From Bdellovibrionota bacterium (lineage in GTDB: Bacteria > Bdellovibrionota_B > Oligoflexia > Silvanigrellales > Silvanigrellaceae): a stretch of DNA of 32,900 nt. This document shows, in pieces, positions 1 to 9,949 of the stretch. The stretch is taken from assembly GCA_040386785.1 (NCBI GenBank), contig JAZKEW010000128.1:11152-44051 (forward strand), given 5' to 3'. The translations under genes and the position numbers were made by a program. Position 1 is the stretch's first letter. Each line of letters begins with the position of its first letter. Under the pieces are notes generated by a model. It made no database searches. It was not told the origin of the DNA and saw only the letters and a list, made by a program, of their open reading frames with translations.

Positions 1-234
1 AAATGCGATGCCTACGTATTAACATGTGGAACAGCTCAAATGGATGCCAACGCTTGCATAAAGGCGGGCACAGAGGCTTCCTCGGGACTACTCGGTGGCC
101 TAGCCGCAAAAATAACCACAAGTGACATGGGAAAAACGGCTTCAGACAAAGCAGCCGGACAAGCCGCTAGCATGATGTGCAAAGACAAAATTGAAAAAGC
201 AGATGCTGCGTGCAAACCACAAGAAAAACAATAG
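1..234 (+). CDS. 3' end of a Cys-containing hypothetical protein (partial, runs off the left edge)
   Basis: Frame 1 is open from base 1 (KCDAYVLTCGTAQMDANAC...) to TAG at 232-234; five Cys in 77 codons; converges on the ferredoxin gene. Confidence 0.5.
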   Translation, partial: KCDAYVLTCGTAQMDANACIKAGTEASSGLLGGLAAKITTSDMGKTASDKAAGQAASMMCKDKIEKADAACKPQEKQ

Positions 235-265
235 CAACGAAGCATCAATAAATTTTTTTAAGCTG

Positions 266-619
266 CTACCAATAATCTGCTTGAACTTCTACATCATTAT
301 ACACTCGACATAAACACGCCAATCTGCATTCCGTAGGTTTATTATTTCTTTGTAAGCTTTCTTTCTCAAAGTCATTTTTAATAGAAATTGAATTTTCACT
401 CAGCTCTTTAATCTTAACATCACATGCAGCGCACACCCCAACACCCGAGCAAGCGGAACCAATAGGAAGTCCTCTTTTACGAAGAAAAACCCACAAATTC
501 ATCCCACCCCGCATAGTAAATTCATCAATTATTTTACCCTGCTTATCAAGGACTGTTACTTTAACTTGTTTGCCCAGTACTTCATTGGATGGAACTTTTT
601 CCATTGAACCTCGCAACAT
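266..619 (-). CDS. 2Fe-2S ferredoxin (adrenodoxin/Fdx-like)
   Basis: Cx5Cx2C motif (CSGVGVCAAC) plus downstream RLAC fourth ligand; the start could alternatively be ATG at 604. Confidence 0.85.
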   Translation of the reverse strand: MLRGSMEKVPSNEVLGKQVKVTVLDKQGKIIDEFTMRGGMNLWVFLRKRGLPIGSACSGVGVCAACDVKIKELSENSISIKNDFEKESLQRNNKPTECRLACLCRVYNDVEVQADYW

Positions 620-646
620 AACTATAATTTGTTAGAAATTGTATGC

Positions 647-1786
647 TTATTTTTTTGCTAATTCTTTATCAATTATACTCATAAATTCAGACTCTGCTTG
701 AGCGCCCATAATTAAAATCCCGTTGATATAAAATGCAGGAGTTGCATTGATACCTAAGCTTTGCCCATACTCAGCATCATTCATAACTTTTTCTCTTACA
801 GTTGAATCTTTAAAACAACTTTGAAACTTATTCATATCCAATCCAACTTTTTTTGCAAAAACATCATACACATTATCTGCGAGTTTCGCGTGATTTTCAA
901 AAAGAATGCCATGCATTTCCCAAAATTTACCCTGATTCTGAGCACATTCCGCTGCGACAGAAGCATTTACAGCTTGTGGATGCAGTTGAATTAAAGGGTA
1001 ACTTCTAAATACAAAGTGGATTTGGTTTTTATATTTTTCAGATATCGCCTTAACAGTCGACTCAACGGAATAACAATAAGGGCATTGAAAGTCTGCAAAT
1101 TCAACAATTGTAATAGGAGCCTTTGGAGAACCTTTACTTGGAGCGTTTGTAATATCAACTTGAATACGAGGAGACTCGGGCAATTGTACGCCTGTTACTT
1201 TAATAAGACCTTCTTCTTTTGCTTTTGCAACAACATCTCTAAAAAAATCTCCTGCAGCTTGTTGCGCTAAATAAGGCTTAACCAAACTCATTTGTTCTTC
1301 AGTCGACTTTCCCTTCAACTGTGGATTATCAATATTTTGTTGTATGAAATCCTTTATTTCTTTGTCGGCGACTTTAACATTCTCACTTATATATTCTTTC
1401 CGAGCCTCATTTTTATCCAGTATTTTTTTGTCTTTAGCATATTTTTCAATAATAGAATCAAAATATTTTCTTGCTAAAATATTTTCCTGCGCCTTGTATA
1501 TTTGAGTTTCTGCATCAAATAAACTTTGTTTTTCTTTTGGATTTAAATCAGATCGCTTCACAACAACGCCGTTATAGGAACCAATGTCCTCACTCGTGAC
1601 GCTAGTGCCACTTTGGCTTAACTTGGAAGACTCAAAGAAAAGATTCTTTTGCGAAGCTTCCTTTTCAGTATTTTCAACCTTTGAATGCATTGAATAACTT
1701 TTAAAATCACTCCTGAATAGTGGGACAACAGACACAACTGCTGCAAGAACAAAAATTCCACCAATAATAAACTTCGACGCTGACAT
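647..1786 (-). CDS. DsbA-family thiol:disulfide oxidoreductase with N-terminal membrane anchor and helical domain
   Basis: N-terminal hydrophobic segment; KG..APITIVEFADFQCPYC active site; cis-Pro loop GINATPAFYING. Confidence 0.9.
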   Translation of the reverse strand: MSASKFIIGGIFVLAAVVSVVPLFRSDFKSYSMHSKVENTEKEASQKNLFFESSKLSQSGTSVTSEDIGSYNGVVVKRSDLNPKEKQSLFDAETQIYKAQENILARKYFDSIIEKYAKDKKILDKNEARKEYISENVKVADKEIKDFIQQNIDNPQLKGKSTEEQMSLVKPYLAQQAAGDFFRDVVAKAKEEGLIKVTGVQLPESPRIQVDITNAPSKGSPKAPITIVEFADFQCPYCYSVESTVKAISEKYKNQIHFVFRSYPLIQLHPQAVNASVAAECAQNQGKFWEMHGILFENHAKLADNVYDVFAKKVGLDMNKFQSCFKDSTVREKVMNDAEYGQSLGINATPAFYINGILIMGAQAESEFMSIIDKELAKK

Positions 1787-1833
1787 ATTATTTTTTCCTT
1801 ATTCTAAAATAGCGACCGTACTTAAAGCGTGCC

Positions 1834-2592
1834 CTAGTCTACAATTTTTTTTATATCTAAAGCAAGATTGCGCTTGTAGTGGCTTTCTTCTTCTTTTCCA
1901 TCAACATCCGTCATTTTTTCTGCTTCCTGAAACAATTTTAAGGCCTTTTCCTTATCGCCTCCATCACTCTCAAGGGCTCCAAGATACGCTGTATTGAGAC
2001 GAAAATTAGGAGCAATTTTAATCGCCTTTTCAAAATATTCTTTTGCTATTTTCTTATCTCCAAAAGAAATAATTCCAGGAACTTCCTGATAATATCGTCC
2101 AAGCACTCTGTACGCACCGGCCCAGTGGTACATCGGATCTATTTTTGAAGCTTCAAGAAGAGCATCTCGTCCAATCTTGGCATTACTCAAGGCAGTTAAC
2201 ACACCTCTCGCAAGACCATATGAACCCAAATTAACGGCATACCAATAATGCCCTTCAACCCTATCTGGATTGAGCTTTCGTGCAATTTCTGCCGTTTTGT
2301 AGCCAAACTCAAACATTTTTATATGTTCGTCTTTAGAGAGTTTTTCGCCAATACCAAAATTACCACTAAAATAAACCAACCGAGACATCTGCCATGCAAT
2401 TTCAAAATTCTCTGGAATTTTTGGCTCACTCTGAATCAATTTTAGTATTTTTATTTGCCCATCTTCAGTCTCCCTGTCCGCCCAAGCTTTATTGAGAGAT
2501 GCAACAGTGAGAGGATTTTGCGCATACAAATTTAATGTTAAGCTACTCATTAATATGAAGAACATTTTTATAAAAAAAATTTTTAATCTCAC
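1834..2592 (-). CDS. Exported TPR-repeat protein
   Basis: TPR-like helices (EGHYWYAVNLG, AYRVLGRYY, AKEYFEKAIKIAP). GTG at 2592 follows GAGGA and gives a signal-peptide-like N-terminus (MRLKIFFIKMFFILMSSLTLNLYA-Q); the ORF-track start at 2685 is probably too long. Confidence 0.7.
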   Translation of the reverse strand: MRLKIFFIKMFFILMSSLTLNLYAQNPLTVASLNKAWADRETEDGQIKILKLIQSEPKIPENFEIAWQMSRLVYFSGNFGIGEKLSKDEHIKMFEFGYKTAEIARKLNPDRVEGHYWYAVNLGSYGLARGVLTALSNAKIGRDALLEASKIDPMYHWAGAYRVLGRYYQEVPGIISFGDKKIAKEYFEKAIKIAPNFRLNTAYLGALESDGGDKEKALKLFQEAEKMTDVDGKEEESHYKRNLALDIKKIVD

Positions 2593-2766
2593 GTGTTTTT
2601 TCTTCCTCACTATTTTTCCACAAACAACGCGCAACCATAGCTTTTTGGAGTGAAAAAGAAAAGTAGGGGGTTTGTAGTAGCTCAAAAGCCCTATACATGA
2701 TTTACCCAGTATGTTACGATTTGGTTAACACACCGGAGAGATTAGAAAGTCATTAGTAACAATTTA

Positions 2767-3495
2767 GTGCTAGATGCCAACCATGTTCATTTATGGAAAG
2801 TCTTCTTAACTGAAGATGAATTATGTATTCGGCAGTTAGAGCAAAGCTTATCTCAACATGAATTGGATCGAGCGAATGCTTTTCACAATAAAAAAGATCG
2901 TTCCTGCTTTATCACCGCTCGCTCCATTTTAAAAAAAATTCTTTCTAAATATACAAATATACCAATTCATAAAATAATTTTAAGTTACAGTGAATTTGGG
3001 AAACCATATCTTGCCTCAGAGGAAAATGTTTTACCAATTCAATTTAGTGTCACTCACTCCAATAATGTTATTGTTCTTGCGTTCACTCTTGAAAGCCCAA
3101 TAGGTGTTGATATTGAACAACTTAGCCCCATACCAGATTTTGATTCAATTGCAAAAATTGTTTTTTCCGAAATTGAATATGACACCTGGAGCAATATTTC
3201 ATTTGAAAATAAATTACAGTTTTTTTATCAATTATGGACTTATAAAGAGTCTGTTATCAAAGCATTGGGTTACGGTTTTTCTTACGATACAAAAAAATTT
3301 ACTATTACGGAGACAACAAAAAAACCAACAATTATTTTTCATGACAGCTCACAGAAGGCAAATTTATGGACTATAGAAAAAATTTTTGTGGACGATATGT
3401 ATTGCGCTGCTTTTGCAACACAACAATTGACACCAAAAGTACATTATTTTGAATATTGTTTAGATGCGTCAGCTTTTAATTGTGTCAAAAACTAA
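2767..3495 (+). CDS. Sfp-type 4'-phosphopantetheinyl transferase
   Basis: GKP, FSVTHS, IGVDIE and WTYKESVIKALG motifs; 242 aa is typical of the Sfp type. Confidence 0.92.
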   Translation: MLDANHVHLWKVFLTEDELCIRQLEQSLSQHELDRANAFHNKKDRSCFITARSILKKILSKYTNIPIHKIILSYSEFGKPYLASEENVLPIQFSVTHSNNVIVLAFTLESPIGVDIEQLSPIPDFDSIAKIVFSEIEYDTWSNISFENKLQFFYQLWTYKESVIKALGYGFSYDTKKFTITETTKKPTIIFHDSSQKANLWTIEKIFVDDMYCAAFATQQLTPKVHYFEYCLDASAFNCVKN

Positions 3496-3581
3496 ACAGA
3501 ACATTTCTACCTCCATAACGGGATTCTACCTCGTATGCTAGCATCTTAAACGGAAGCACCCACGTTTGGAGATAAAACCTT

Positions 3582-4064
3582 ATGACTGAAATAAAAAAAT
3601 TACACGGCATACCTAGTACACATTCAGGAAATAAATTAATAGATCCTTACAATAATCCAAGTTTCCAAAAAAACCGTCTTTCAACAAAAGGAATCCCTTC
3701 TGAAGAATGTTTTCAACAAGAAAACAACACTCAAGACTTTAAGGGAATATATAAGGATTATGGCTTAGAAGATTTTGTCTTGAAAGGACTTACTACAGAG
3801 GCTGAGTTGAAGAAAATTCATCAGGAAAATCCGACTTGTATAGAAGCATTAAAAGAAATTCCAGTGGTGGTTGCTTTGGGTATAGGCAATAACAATGCGG
3901 AGCAAAAACCTAAAATTTCTATAAAAGACCTACTCAGACTAGATTCTACAAAACTAGATAAAATTATATATAGATGCCGTACGTCTGAAGAAGTAATTGA
4001 AGAGGTTCAATCATCAATGAAACTTGTCCCTAATACAACACCAACATTGACGCGCCGAGCTTGA
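3582..4064 (+). CDS. Hypothetical protein (orphan-like)
   Basis: 160-aa ORF with GGAG SD upstream; fills the gap between the PPTase and metK; no motif recognised. Confidence 0.6.
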   Translation: MTEIKKLHGIPSTHSGNKLIDPYNNPSFQKNRLSTKGIPSEECFQQENNTQDFKGIYKDYGLEDFVLKGLTTEAELKKIHQENPTCIEALKEIPVVVALGIGNNNAEQKPKISIKDLLRLDSTKLDKIIYRCRTSEEVIEEVQSSMKLVPNTTPTLTRRA

Positions 4065-4079
4065 GTGGTTTGGCATTAT

Positions 4080-5324
4080 TTAAATACTATTTTTCAACTC
4101 TGTTACTTTATCCATTTTTTCCCAAGGAAATTTTTCGCGCCCAAAGTGTCCATAAGACGCTGTTTCTGCATATCTAAAACCTTGTTTATGCGGATGCAAA
4201 AGGTCAAACGCCTTCACAATTCCAGAGGGAGTCATGTCAAATACTTTTTTTACAGCATTTTCAATTTTTACTCGAGACACTTTTTCTGTGCCATAAGTTT
4301 GCACATTAACGCTTACAGGTTTTGCAACACCAATAGCATATGCAATTTGCACAAGTGCTTTATCGGCAAGGCCAGCAGCAACAATATTTTTAGCAATATA
4401 TCGGCCCATATAAGCAGCAGAACGGTCTACTTTTGTGGGATCTTTTCCAGAAAAAGCACCACCACCGTGAGCACCGTGACCACCGTACGTATCAACAATA
4501 ATTTTTCGGCCGGTAAGACCGCAGTCTCCTTGAGGACCTCCCACGACAAATTTACCGGTCGGATTAATATGGTACTTTGTGTTGGAGTCTAAGAGGTGCG
4601 ATGGAACTGTTTTTTTAATAATATTTTCAATAACAAAAGACTTTATTTGTTCTTGAGTGACATTTTCAGCATGCATAGTACTCACAACAACGGTATCAAC
4701 GCGACGAATTTCCCCGTTATGATATTCAACAGTAACTTGCGATTTTGCGTCTGGGCGAAGCCAATCTACAACTTTTTCTTTTCTAGCCTTAGAAAGATTG
4801 CTTAAAATAGAGTGAGCATATTGCAATGTTGCAGGCATATATTCTGGAGTTTCATTTGTAGCGTAACCAAACATCATTCCTTGATCGCCAGCTCCTTGTT
4901 CTTTGTGTAAGCCTTCGCCTTCATTCACACCTTGAGCAATATCTGGTGATTGTTCATCAAGTGCCACAATAACTCCGCAGCTTCTGTATTCAAATCCATT
5001 GGCAGGATCGTCGTAGCCAATTTCCTTAATAACCGAACGAGCAACGTCAGAATAACTTTTCATTTTACGATTTAGTTTAACTTCATTTTCACGAACAACT
5101 TCATTATTTAATGTAATTTCGCCAGCGATCACAACCAAACCTGTTTTGCATAATGCTTCGCAAGCAACGCGAGCTTTTGGATCGAATGTTAGCAGTTCAT
5201 CAAGAATGCTGTCTGATATTTGATCGGCAACTTTATCAGGGTGACCTTCGCTTACGCTTTCCGAAGTGAAAAAAGAAACTTCAGCAGCCTGCGATGAAGA
5301 AAAAAATTGATTGCGGTTGAACAT
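4080..5324 (-). CDS. metK: S-adenosylmethionine synthetase
   Basis: [28 protein letters not shown] and GHFGR signatures. Start moved to ATG 5324 (AAAGGA SD) because the 5375 start lies inside rnpB. Confidence 0.98.
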   Translation of the reverse strand: MFNRNQFFSSSQAAEVSFFTSESVSEGHPDKVADQISDSILDELLTFDPKARVACEALCKTGLVVIAGEITLNNEVVRENEVKLNRKMKSYSDVARSVIKEIGYDDPANGFEYRSCGVIVALDEQSPDIAQGVNEGEGLHKEQGAGDQGMMFGYATNETPEYMPATLQYAHSILSNLSKARKEKVVDWLRPDAKSQVTVEYHNGEIRRVDTVVVSTMHAENVTQEQIKSFVIENIIKKTVPSHLLDSNTKYHINPTGKFVVGGPQGDCGLTGRKIIVDTYGGHGAHGGGAFSGKDPTKVDRSAAYMGRYIAKNIVAAGLADKALVQIAYAIGVAKPVSVNVQTYGTEKVSRVKIENAVKKVFDMTPSGIVKAFDLLHPHKQGFRYAETASYGHFGREKFPWEKMDKVTELKNSI

Positions 5325-5363
5325 AAGCGAGTCCTTTCTAAACAAAATTAAACATAAAAAATA

Positions 5364-5721
5364 AGGGCAACCCATAAGCCGGATTCTGTACTAACTACAA
5401 TTTCTCTTGCCGTTACGTTACCGTAACAATCCTTGCAACCAACCCGAATGTCAAACGAATCGAGCAGATTCTTCACTCCTATTTGGTCTTGCTTCAGGTG
5501 GGGTTTGCCGTACTGGTTGTTGCCAACCACATATGTGAGCTCTTACCTCACAGTTTCACCATTGCCAGCGCAAGCGCTTACGGCTGTTTATTTTCTGTTG
5601 CACTTTCCGTCAAAGCCGAAGCTCCGCCTGGCCGTTAGCCAGCACCTTGCTCAATGAAGTCCGGACTTTCCTCACCGGCACAAATATTATATTGTGCCAA
5701 GCGCTGTAGTCGAATTGCCCT
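5364..5721 (-). ncRNA. rnpB: RNase P RNA, bacterial type A
   Basis: Minus strand carries GAGGAAAGTCCGG (P4 5'), AGTGCAACAGAAA, GGTGAAAC..GGTAAGAGC, GGCAAACCCCAC and ACAGAATCCGGCTTA (P4 3'). Terminal P1 pairing is AGGGCAATTCG / TGGGTTGCCCT; the P18 hairpin is GTTACG-GTAA-CGTAAC. Confidence 0.97.
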
Positions 5722-5801
5722 AGCAGCTACGTGTATAATTAATTAACCTATTAGGCAAGGGAAAGAATTTTTCTCCACTTAACAATACAAAGGTCCATCA
5801 A

Positions 5802-8800
5802 GTGATTCAAGCGACTCAAGCAAAAAACTTCCAAGAATTCATCATTTCTCTATGCCAATATTGGGTTAGCTACGGCTGTATTTGGAGCCAACCCTACGAT
5901 TCCCAAATGGGCGCAGGCACCTTTCACCCGCACACTTTTTTAAAAGGATTAGGGCCTGAACCTTGGAGGGGCGTTTATGTGCAACCTTGCAGAAGACCCG
6001 TGGACGGCCGCTACGGCAAAAGCCCATACCGTTTTCAGCACTACTATCAGTTGCAGGTTTTGCTAAAACCATCACCGTCAAATATTATTGATATTTTTCT
6101 TAAATCTCTAGAACATGTTGGAATTAATTTAAAAGATAACGATATTGGTTTACTGGAAGATGACTGGAAAGGACCAACACTGGGCGCATGGGGGCTTGGT
6201 TGGGAAGTCCGGGCAAATGCTCAAGAAGTCACGCAATTTACCTATTTTCAACAACTGGGTGGGCTTGATATAGATGTTGTTTGCGGAGAAATTACTTACG
6301 GCTTAGAACGCTTATATATGTACGCACATGGAATTAAAAATGGTCTTGATATTCCATTCAACGAACATTTTACTTATGGAGATATTTATTATCAAAATGA
6401 GTTTGAATTTTCTCATTTTAATTTTAAAGAAGCTAGTATTCAAGATTTACTCGCTCAGTTTGATAAGTGTGAAGAAAAAGTTTCTCAGCTTTGTGAAAAA
6501 AATTTAGTGCTGCCAGCCTACGATTATGTTTTGCAGGCATCACACGCATTTAATTTACTCGATGCACGCGGAGCAGTTTCAGTGAGCGAGCGCCAGCGTT
6601 ACATTGGCAGAGTGCGTGATTGCGCTAAAAAATGCGCTGCAGTATACAAAACAGAAAGAGAAAAATTAGGATATCCATTGTTAAATAGGTTGGATACTGA
6701 TGCGCGTAAGCCAATATATAATATAAAATCTGCTCCAAAAATAGACGCAGATACTCAAAAACATAATCGCACAGATTCAGAAAAAAATATGGAATGGGGT
6801 GGGATAAGTAAGAAACTTGTTAGTGTAACTTTCGAATTGGGAGTTGAAGAAATGCCTCCCTCATTTCAACAATCCGCCTTAAGAGAATTACAAAATAAAG
6901 TAAGATCATTCATCCACGAAGAAAAAGAAAAATATAAAACTAATTTTTTAGATGAATTAACACAAAAAATAACCATTTCTTCTAGGAGAATTGCTTTACA
7001 ATTTACAAATGTTCCTTCCCTCACTCCCGATGAAAAAATTGAATTCTGGGGCCCTGCAGAACGTATTGCTAAAAATACTGATGGAACATTAACCCAGGCT
7101 GGACTTGGATTTTGTAAAAAGAACAATATTGACGCAAATAAGGTCATATTTAAATCAAAAACCGATGGCACTTTTTTGTATTTTGAAAAAAATTCTCCGA
7201 GAAACCCTTTTCCTATACTGCTTGCAAATGGATTCAAAAAATGGATTTATTCCTTAAATGCACCACTAAAAATGAAGTGGTTGCCAGAAGAAATTAGTCC
7301 TTCATTTATTCGCCCTGTGCGCTCCGCACTCGCTCTTGCAGAAGATAAAATTATTCCTCTTGAAATGTTTGGCATTGAATCTGCAAACTTCATTTACGGT
7401 CAAGGAATTCAGTCACCACAACCAATTGAAATAAAATATGCAAGCGACTATGAACAAGTTTTACGAAGCTTAAATATTGAAATTTGCCCTCAAAAAAGAA
7501 AAGATTTTATTTTAAATGAAGTCTTAAAAATTACGGAAAAAATCGGCGGAAAACTTGTAATGGACGATAGCTTGTTAAATAAATGCGCTGGTTTATTTGA
7601 AAGCCCCTACGTATTTTATGCGCAATTTGAGCCGCATTACTTGAGGCTACCGAGGTCATTAATTTGTAGCGTGTTAAAAGAACATATGAATTATTTTACC
7701 GTTGAAAGCCTTAGCGGAGATGGATTATTGCCATTTTACATAGGCGTTGCAAATTACAAATGCAATCACATTGAAACCATGATTGAAGGAACAAAAAATG
7801 TGGTTACTGGCAGACTCGACGACGGCACATTTTATTATGACACAGACTTAGCAACTCCTTTTTCTGAATTTAGAGAACGCTTAAAAACGCAAACTTTCCA
7901 AGAAAACATGGGAACTTTATTTGATAAATCAGAGCGTTTAAAACAATTTGCAACACAAATACTCCTACAGAATTCCGTAGAGGAGTCACGAGAGGACATT
8001 TTACAAACCGCTGCGCTTTTCTGCAAGGCCGATTTAAAAAGCGGCTGTGTTCAAGAATTCCCCGATGAAATGCAGGGAATTATGGGAGGAATTCTTGCAC
8101 GCACACAAAATATTCTTAAAAATGAAAAAAATTCAAACGAAGTTGCCTCTGCCATTGAACAACATTATTTGCCCACAGGCGCTAATTCTGAACTTCCAAC
8201 AAACTTTTACGCACTCAATTTATCTCTTATAGATAAATTAGATTCCTTGTGCATGATGATTAATTCTGGCGTTGAGCCAAAAGGCAACAAAGACCCTCTT
8301 GGTATGCGCAGGCTCGCTCTTTCCATTGCAAGAATTGTCGGTTTAAAACAAGAAAAAAATATTTTAAATTTTTCCTTAAATTTATGCATACAGTTATGTC
8401 TTGAAAATATGGAAAAATCGTCCATTCACATCCACGAAAAAACCAAAGACAAGACCATTTTATTTTTGTTAGACAGAGTAAAAGCTTCACTAAAAGAAGA
8501 ATTTGACCCTCGCGCAGTAGACTCTTTAACCATCCAGCTTATGGAAAAACCATTGTCTACAGTTATTCCATTTATTAAAGTTATTGATCTACGTATAAAA
8601 GACACTCAATATTCGCTCATTGATGCGTTAAACCCCTACCGTCGTGCTCGCAATTTGACATCTCATGTGCAAATGCATTCTATTCAATTTGACTTATTAT
8701 TGGCGCAGGAAGAAAAAAATCTTTTTGAAGAGGTGAAAACGAAAAAAACACGACTCAGTCAACTTATTCAAGAACAAAATTATACAGACTTGTTAAATGA

Positions 8801-8954
8801 ACTTGAAAGCTTAGCACAGCCTCTTGCTCAATTTTTTGAAAACGTTATGGTCAACGACAGCAATCCCCAAATAAAGGCAAATAGACTCGCGCTTTTATTT
8901 CAGGTTCGCAAACTCTACGACGACATTGCCGATTTCTCGCTTTTACAGGTATAG
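5802..8954 (+). CDS. glyQS: Glycyl-tRNA synthetase, fused alpha+beta subunits
   Basis: The N-terminal ~300 aa are GlyQ (GAGTFHP, QPCRRPVDGRYG, EVTQFTYFQQ, EITYGLERL). A ~40-aa linker follows, then GlyS (FELGVEEMP, PVR, KADL..EFPDEMQG, DPLGMRR, FFENVMVN..NRLALL), all in one frame. Confidence 0.95.
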   Translation: MIQATQAKNFQEFIISLCQYWVSYGCIWSQPYDSQMGAGTFHPHTFLKGLGPEPWRGVYVQPCRRPVDGRYGKSPYRFQHYYQLQVLLKPSPSNIIDIFLKSLEHVGINLKDNDIGLLEDDWKGPTLGAWGLGWEVRANAQEVTQFTYFQQLGGLDIDVVCGEITYGLERLYMYAHGIKNGLDIPFNEHFTYGDIYYQNEFEFSHFNFKEASIQDLLAQFDKCEEKVSQLCEKNLVLPAYDYVLQASHAFNLLDARGAVSVSERQRYIGRVRDCAKKCAAVYKTEREKLGYPLLNRLDTDARKPIYNIKSAPKIDADTQKHNRTDSEKNMEWGGISKKLVSVTFELGVEEMPPSFQQSALRELQNKVRSFIHEEKEKYKTNFLDELTQKITISSRRIALQFTNVPSLTPDEKIEFWGPAERIAKNTDGTLTQAGLGFCKKNNIDANKVIFKSKTDGTFLYFEKNSPRNPFPILLANGFKKWIYSLNAPLKMKWLPEEISPSFIRPVRSALALAEDKIIPLEMFGIESANFIYGQGIQSPQPIEIKYASDYEQVLRSLNIEICPQKRKDFILNEVLKITEKIGGKLVMDDSLLNKCAGLFESPYVFYAQFEPHYLRLPRSLICSVLKEHMNYFTVESLSGDGLLPFYIGVANYKCNHIETMIEGTKNVVTGRLDDGTFYYDTDLATPFSEFRERLKTQTFQENMGTLFDKSERLKQFATQILLQNSVEESREDILQTAALFCKADLKSGCVQEFPDEMQGIMGGILARTQNILKNEKNSNEVASAIEQHYLPTGANSELPTNFYALNLSLIDKLDSLCMMINSGVEPKGNKDPLGMRRLALSIARIVGLKQEKNILNFSLNLCIQLCLENMEKSSIHIHEKTKDKTILFLLDRVKASLKEEFDPRAVDSLTIQLMEKPLSTVIPFIKVIDLRIKDTQYSLIDALNPYRRARNLTSHVQMHSIQFDLLLAQEEKNLFEEVKTKKTRLSQLIQEQNYTDLLNELESLAQPLAQFFENVMVNDSNPQIKANRLALLFQVRKLYDDIADFSLLQV

Positions 8955-8959
8955 GCTCA

Positions 8960-9949
8960 ATGATTAAAAATAATTTACCCTTTGAAGTTTACGGAAATAA
9001 AGACCTTATTCAAGATAAAAAACCTGTTTGTATCACGTTTGGAAACTTTGATGGCGTGCATCTTGGCCACAAGCATCTTATTGAGTCCATGAAAAGCATG
9101 GTGCAAAACAGCCCCATCGTGATTGTCACTTTTGATCCACATTCCTCAGACTATTTTTCTCCCCATAATCAAAAATCTCTCCTAACAAATCTTTCCAATA
9201 AAATTTCTTTACTTTTAAGCTATGGCGCAAGTGCCGTTGTTGTGCAAAAATTTGATGAAAAATTTGCCTCCCTTACCGCGGATGATTTTTGCGAACACTG
9301 GCTTAATACAAATTTTAATATCAACTATGTTATTCTTGGCCATGATTTTTGTTATGGAAAAAATAGACAAGGTGACTTTTCACACATGGAAAGTTATGGA
9401 GAAAAACAGGGCTGGATTGTCTCACAAATTTCTGCATTAGAAGATTCGATCACCAAAAAAGAACCTGTTTCTTCTTCAATTATTAGAAATGAAATTTCAC
9501 TAGGCAACATGGAAAATGTTGAAAATTTATTGGGAAGGCCATACACCCTTTCAGGAATCGTGGTGCATGGAGACCACAAAGGTCGTGGCATTGGATTTCC
9601 AACGGCAAATTTAAAACTTGATTGTAATTATGTTATCCCTAAGCATGGTGTTTATGCCTGCTTCATTGAAATTGATTATGAAGATACTCGCGGCACAAAA
9701 CTATTTCCTGCGGTGATGAACTGCGGTGTTCGGCCTTCAATGAGTGATGGTTTAAAATTGCAAATTGAAGCGCACATTTTGAATTTTGATGAAGATATTT
9801 ATGAAAAAAAAATCAAATTTTATCCTAAAAAATATATCCGTGGGGAACAAAAATTTTCTGATTTAGAACAACTCAAAAAGCAAATTTGTGAAGATATTAT
9901 TTCAGCTAATTTATATTTTAACGACAATATTCACACTAATCCCCATTAA
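8960..9949 (+). CDS. ribF: Bifunctional riboflavin kinase / FAD synthetase
   Basis: GNFDGVHLGH, SSSIIR, GRGIGFPTAN and IEAHIL motifs. Confidence 0.96.
   Translation: MIKNNLPFEVYGNKDLIQDKKPVCITFGNFDGVHLGHKHLIESMKSMVQNSPIVIVTFDPHSSDYFSPHNQKSLLTNLSNKISLLLSYGASAVVVQKFDEKFASLTADDFCEHWLNTNFNINYVILGHDFCYGKNRQGDFSHMESYGEKQGWIVSQISALEDSITKKEPVSSSIIRNEISLGNMENVENLLGRPYTLSGIVVHGDHKGRGIGFPTANLKLDCNYVIPKHGVYACFIEIDYEDTRGTKLFPAVMNCGVRPSMSDGLKLQIEAHILNFDEDIYEKKIKFYPKKYIRGEQKFSDLEQLKKQICEDIISANLYFNDNIHTNPH

Noticed and set aside
4065-4805. Plus-strand ORFs 4065-4592 and 4596-4805, and similar antisense or alternate-frame ORFs across glyQS, ftsI, the orphan, mraY, murD and ftsW
   Set aside because: Shadow frames of well-supported genes, with no recognisable motifs.
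5348-5657. Short ORFs 5348-5530 (-) and 5433-5657 (+), and the extended metK start at 5375
   Set aside because: They lie within the RNase P RNA gene and are incidental reading frames.
5325-5721. SAM riboswitch upstream of metK
   Set aside because: The structured sequence carries the RNase P conserved regions, and no SAM-I core was seen.
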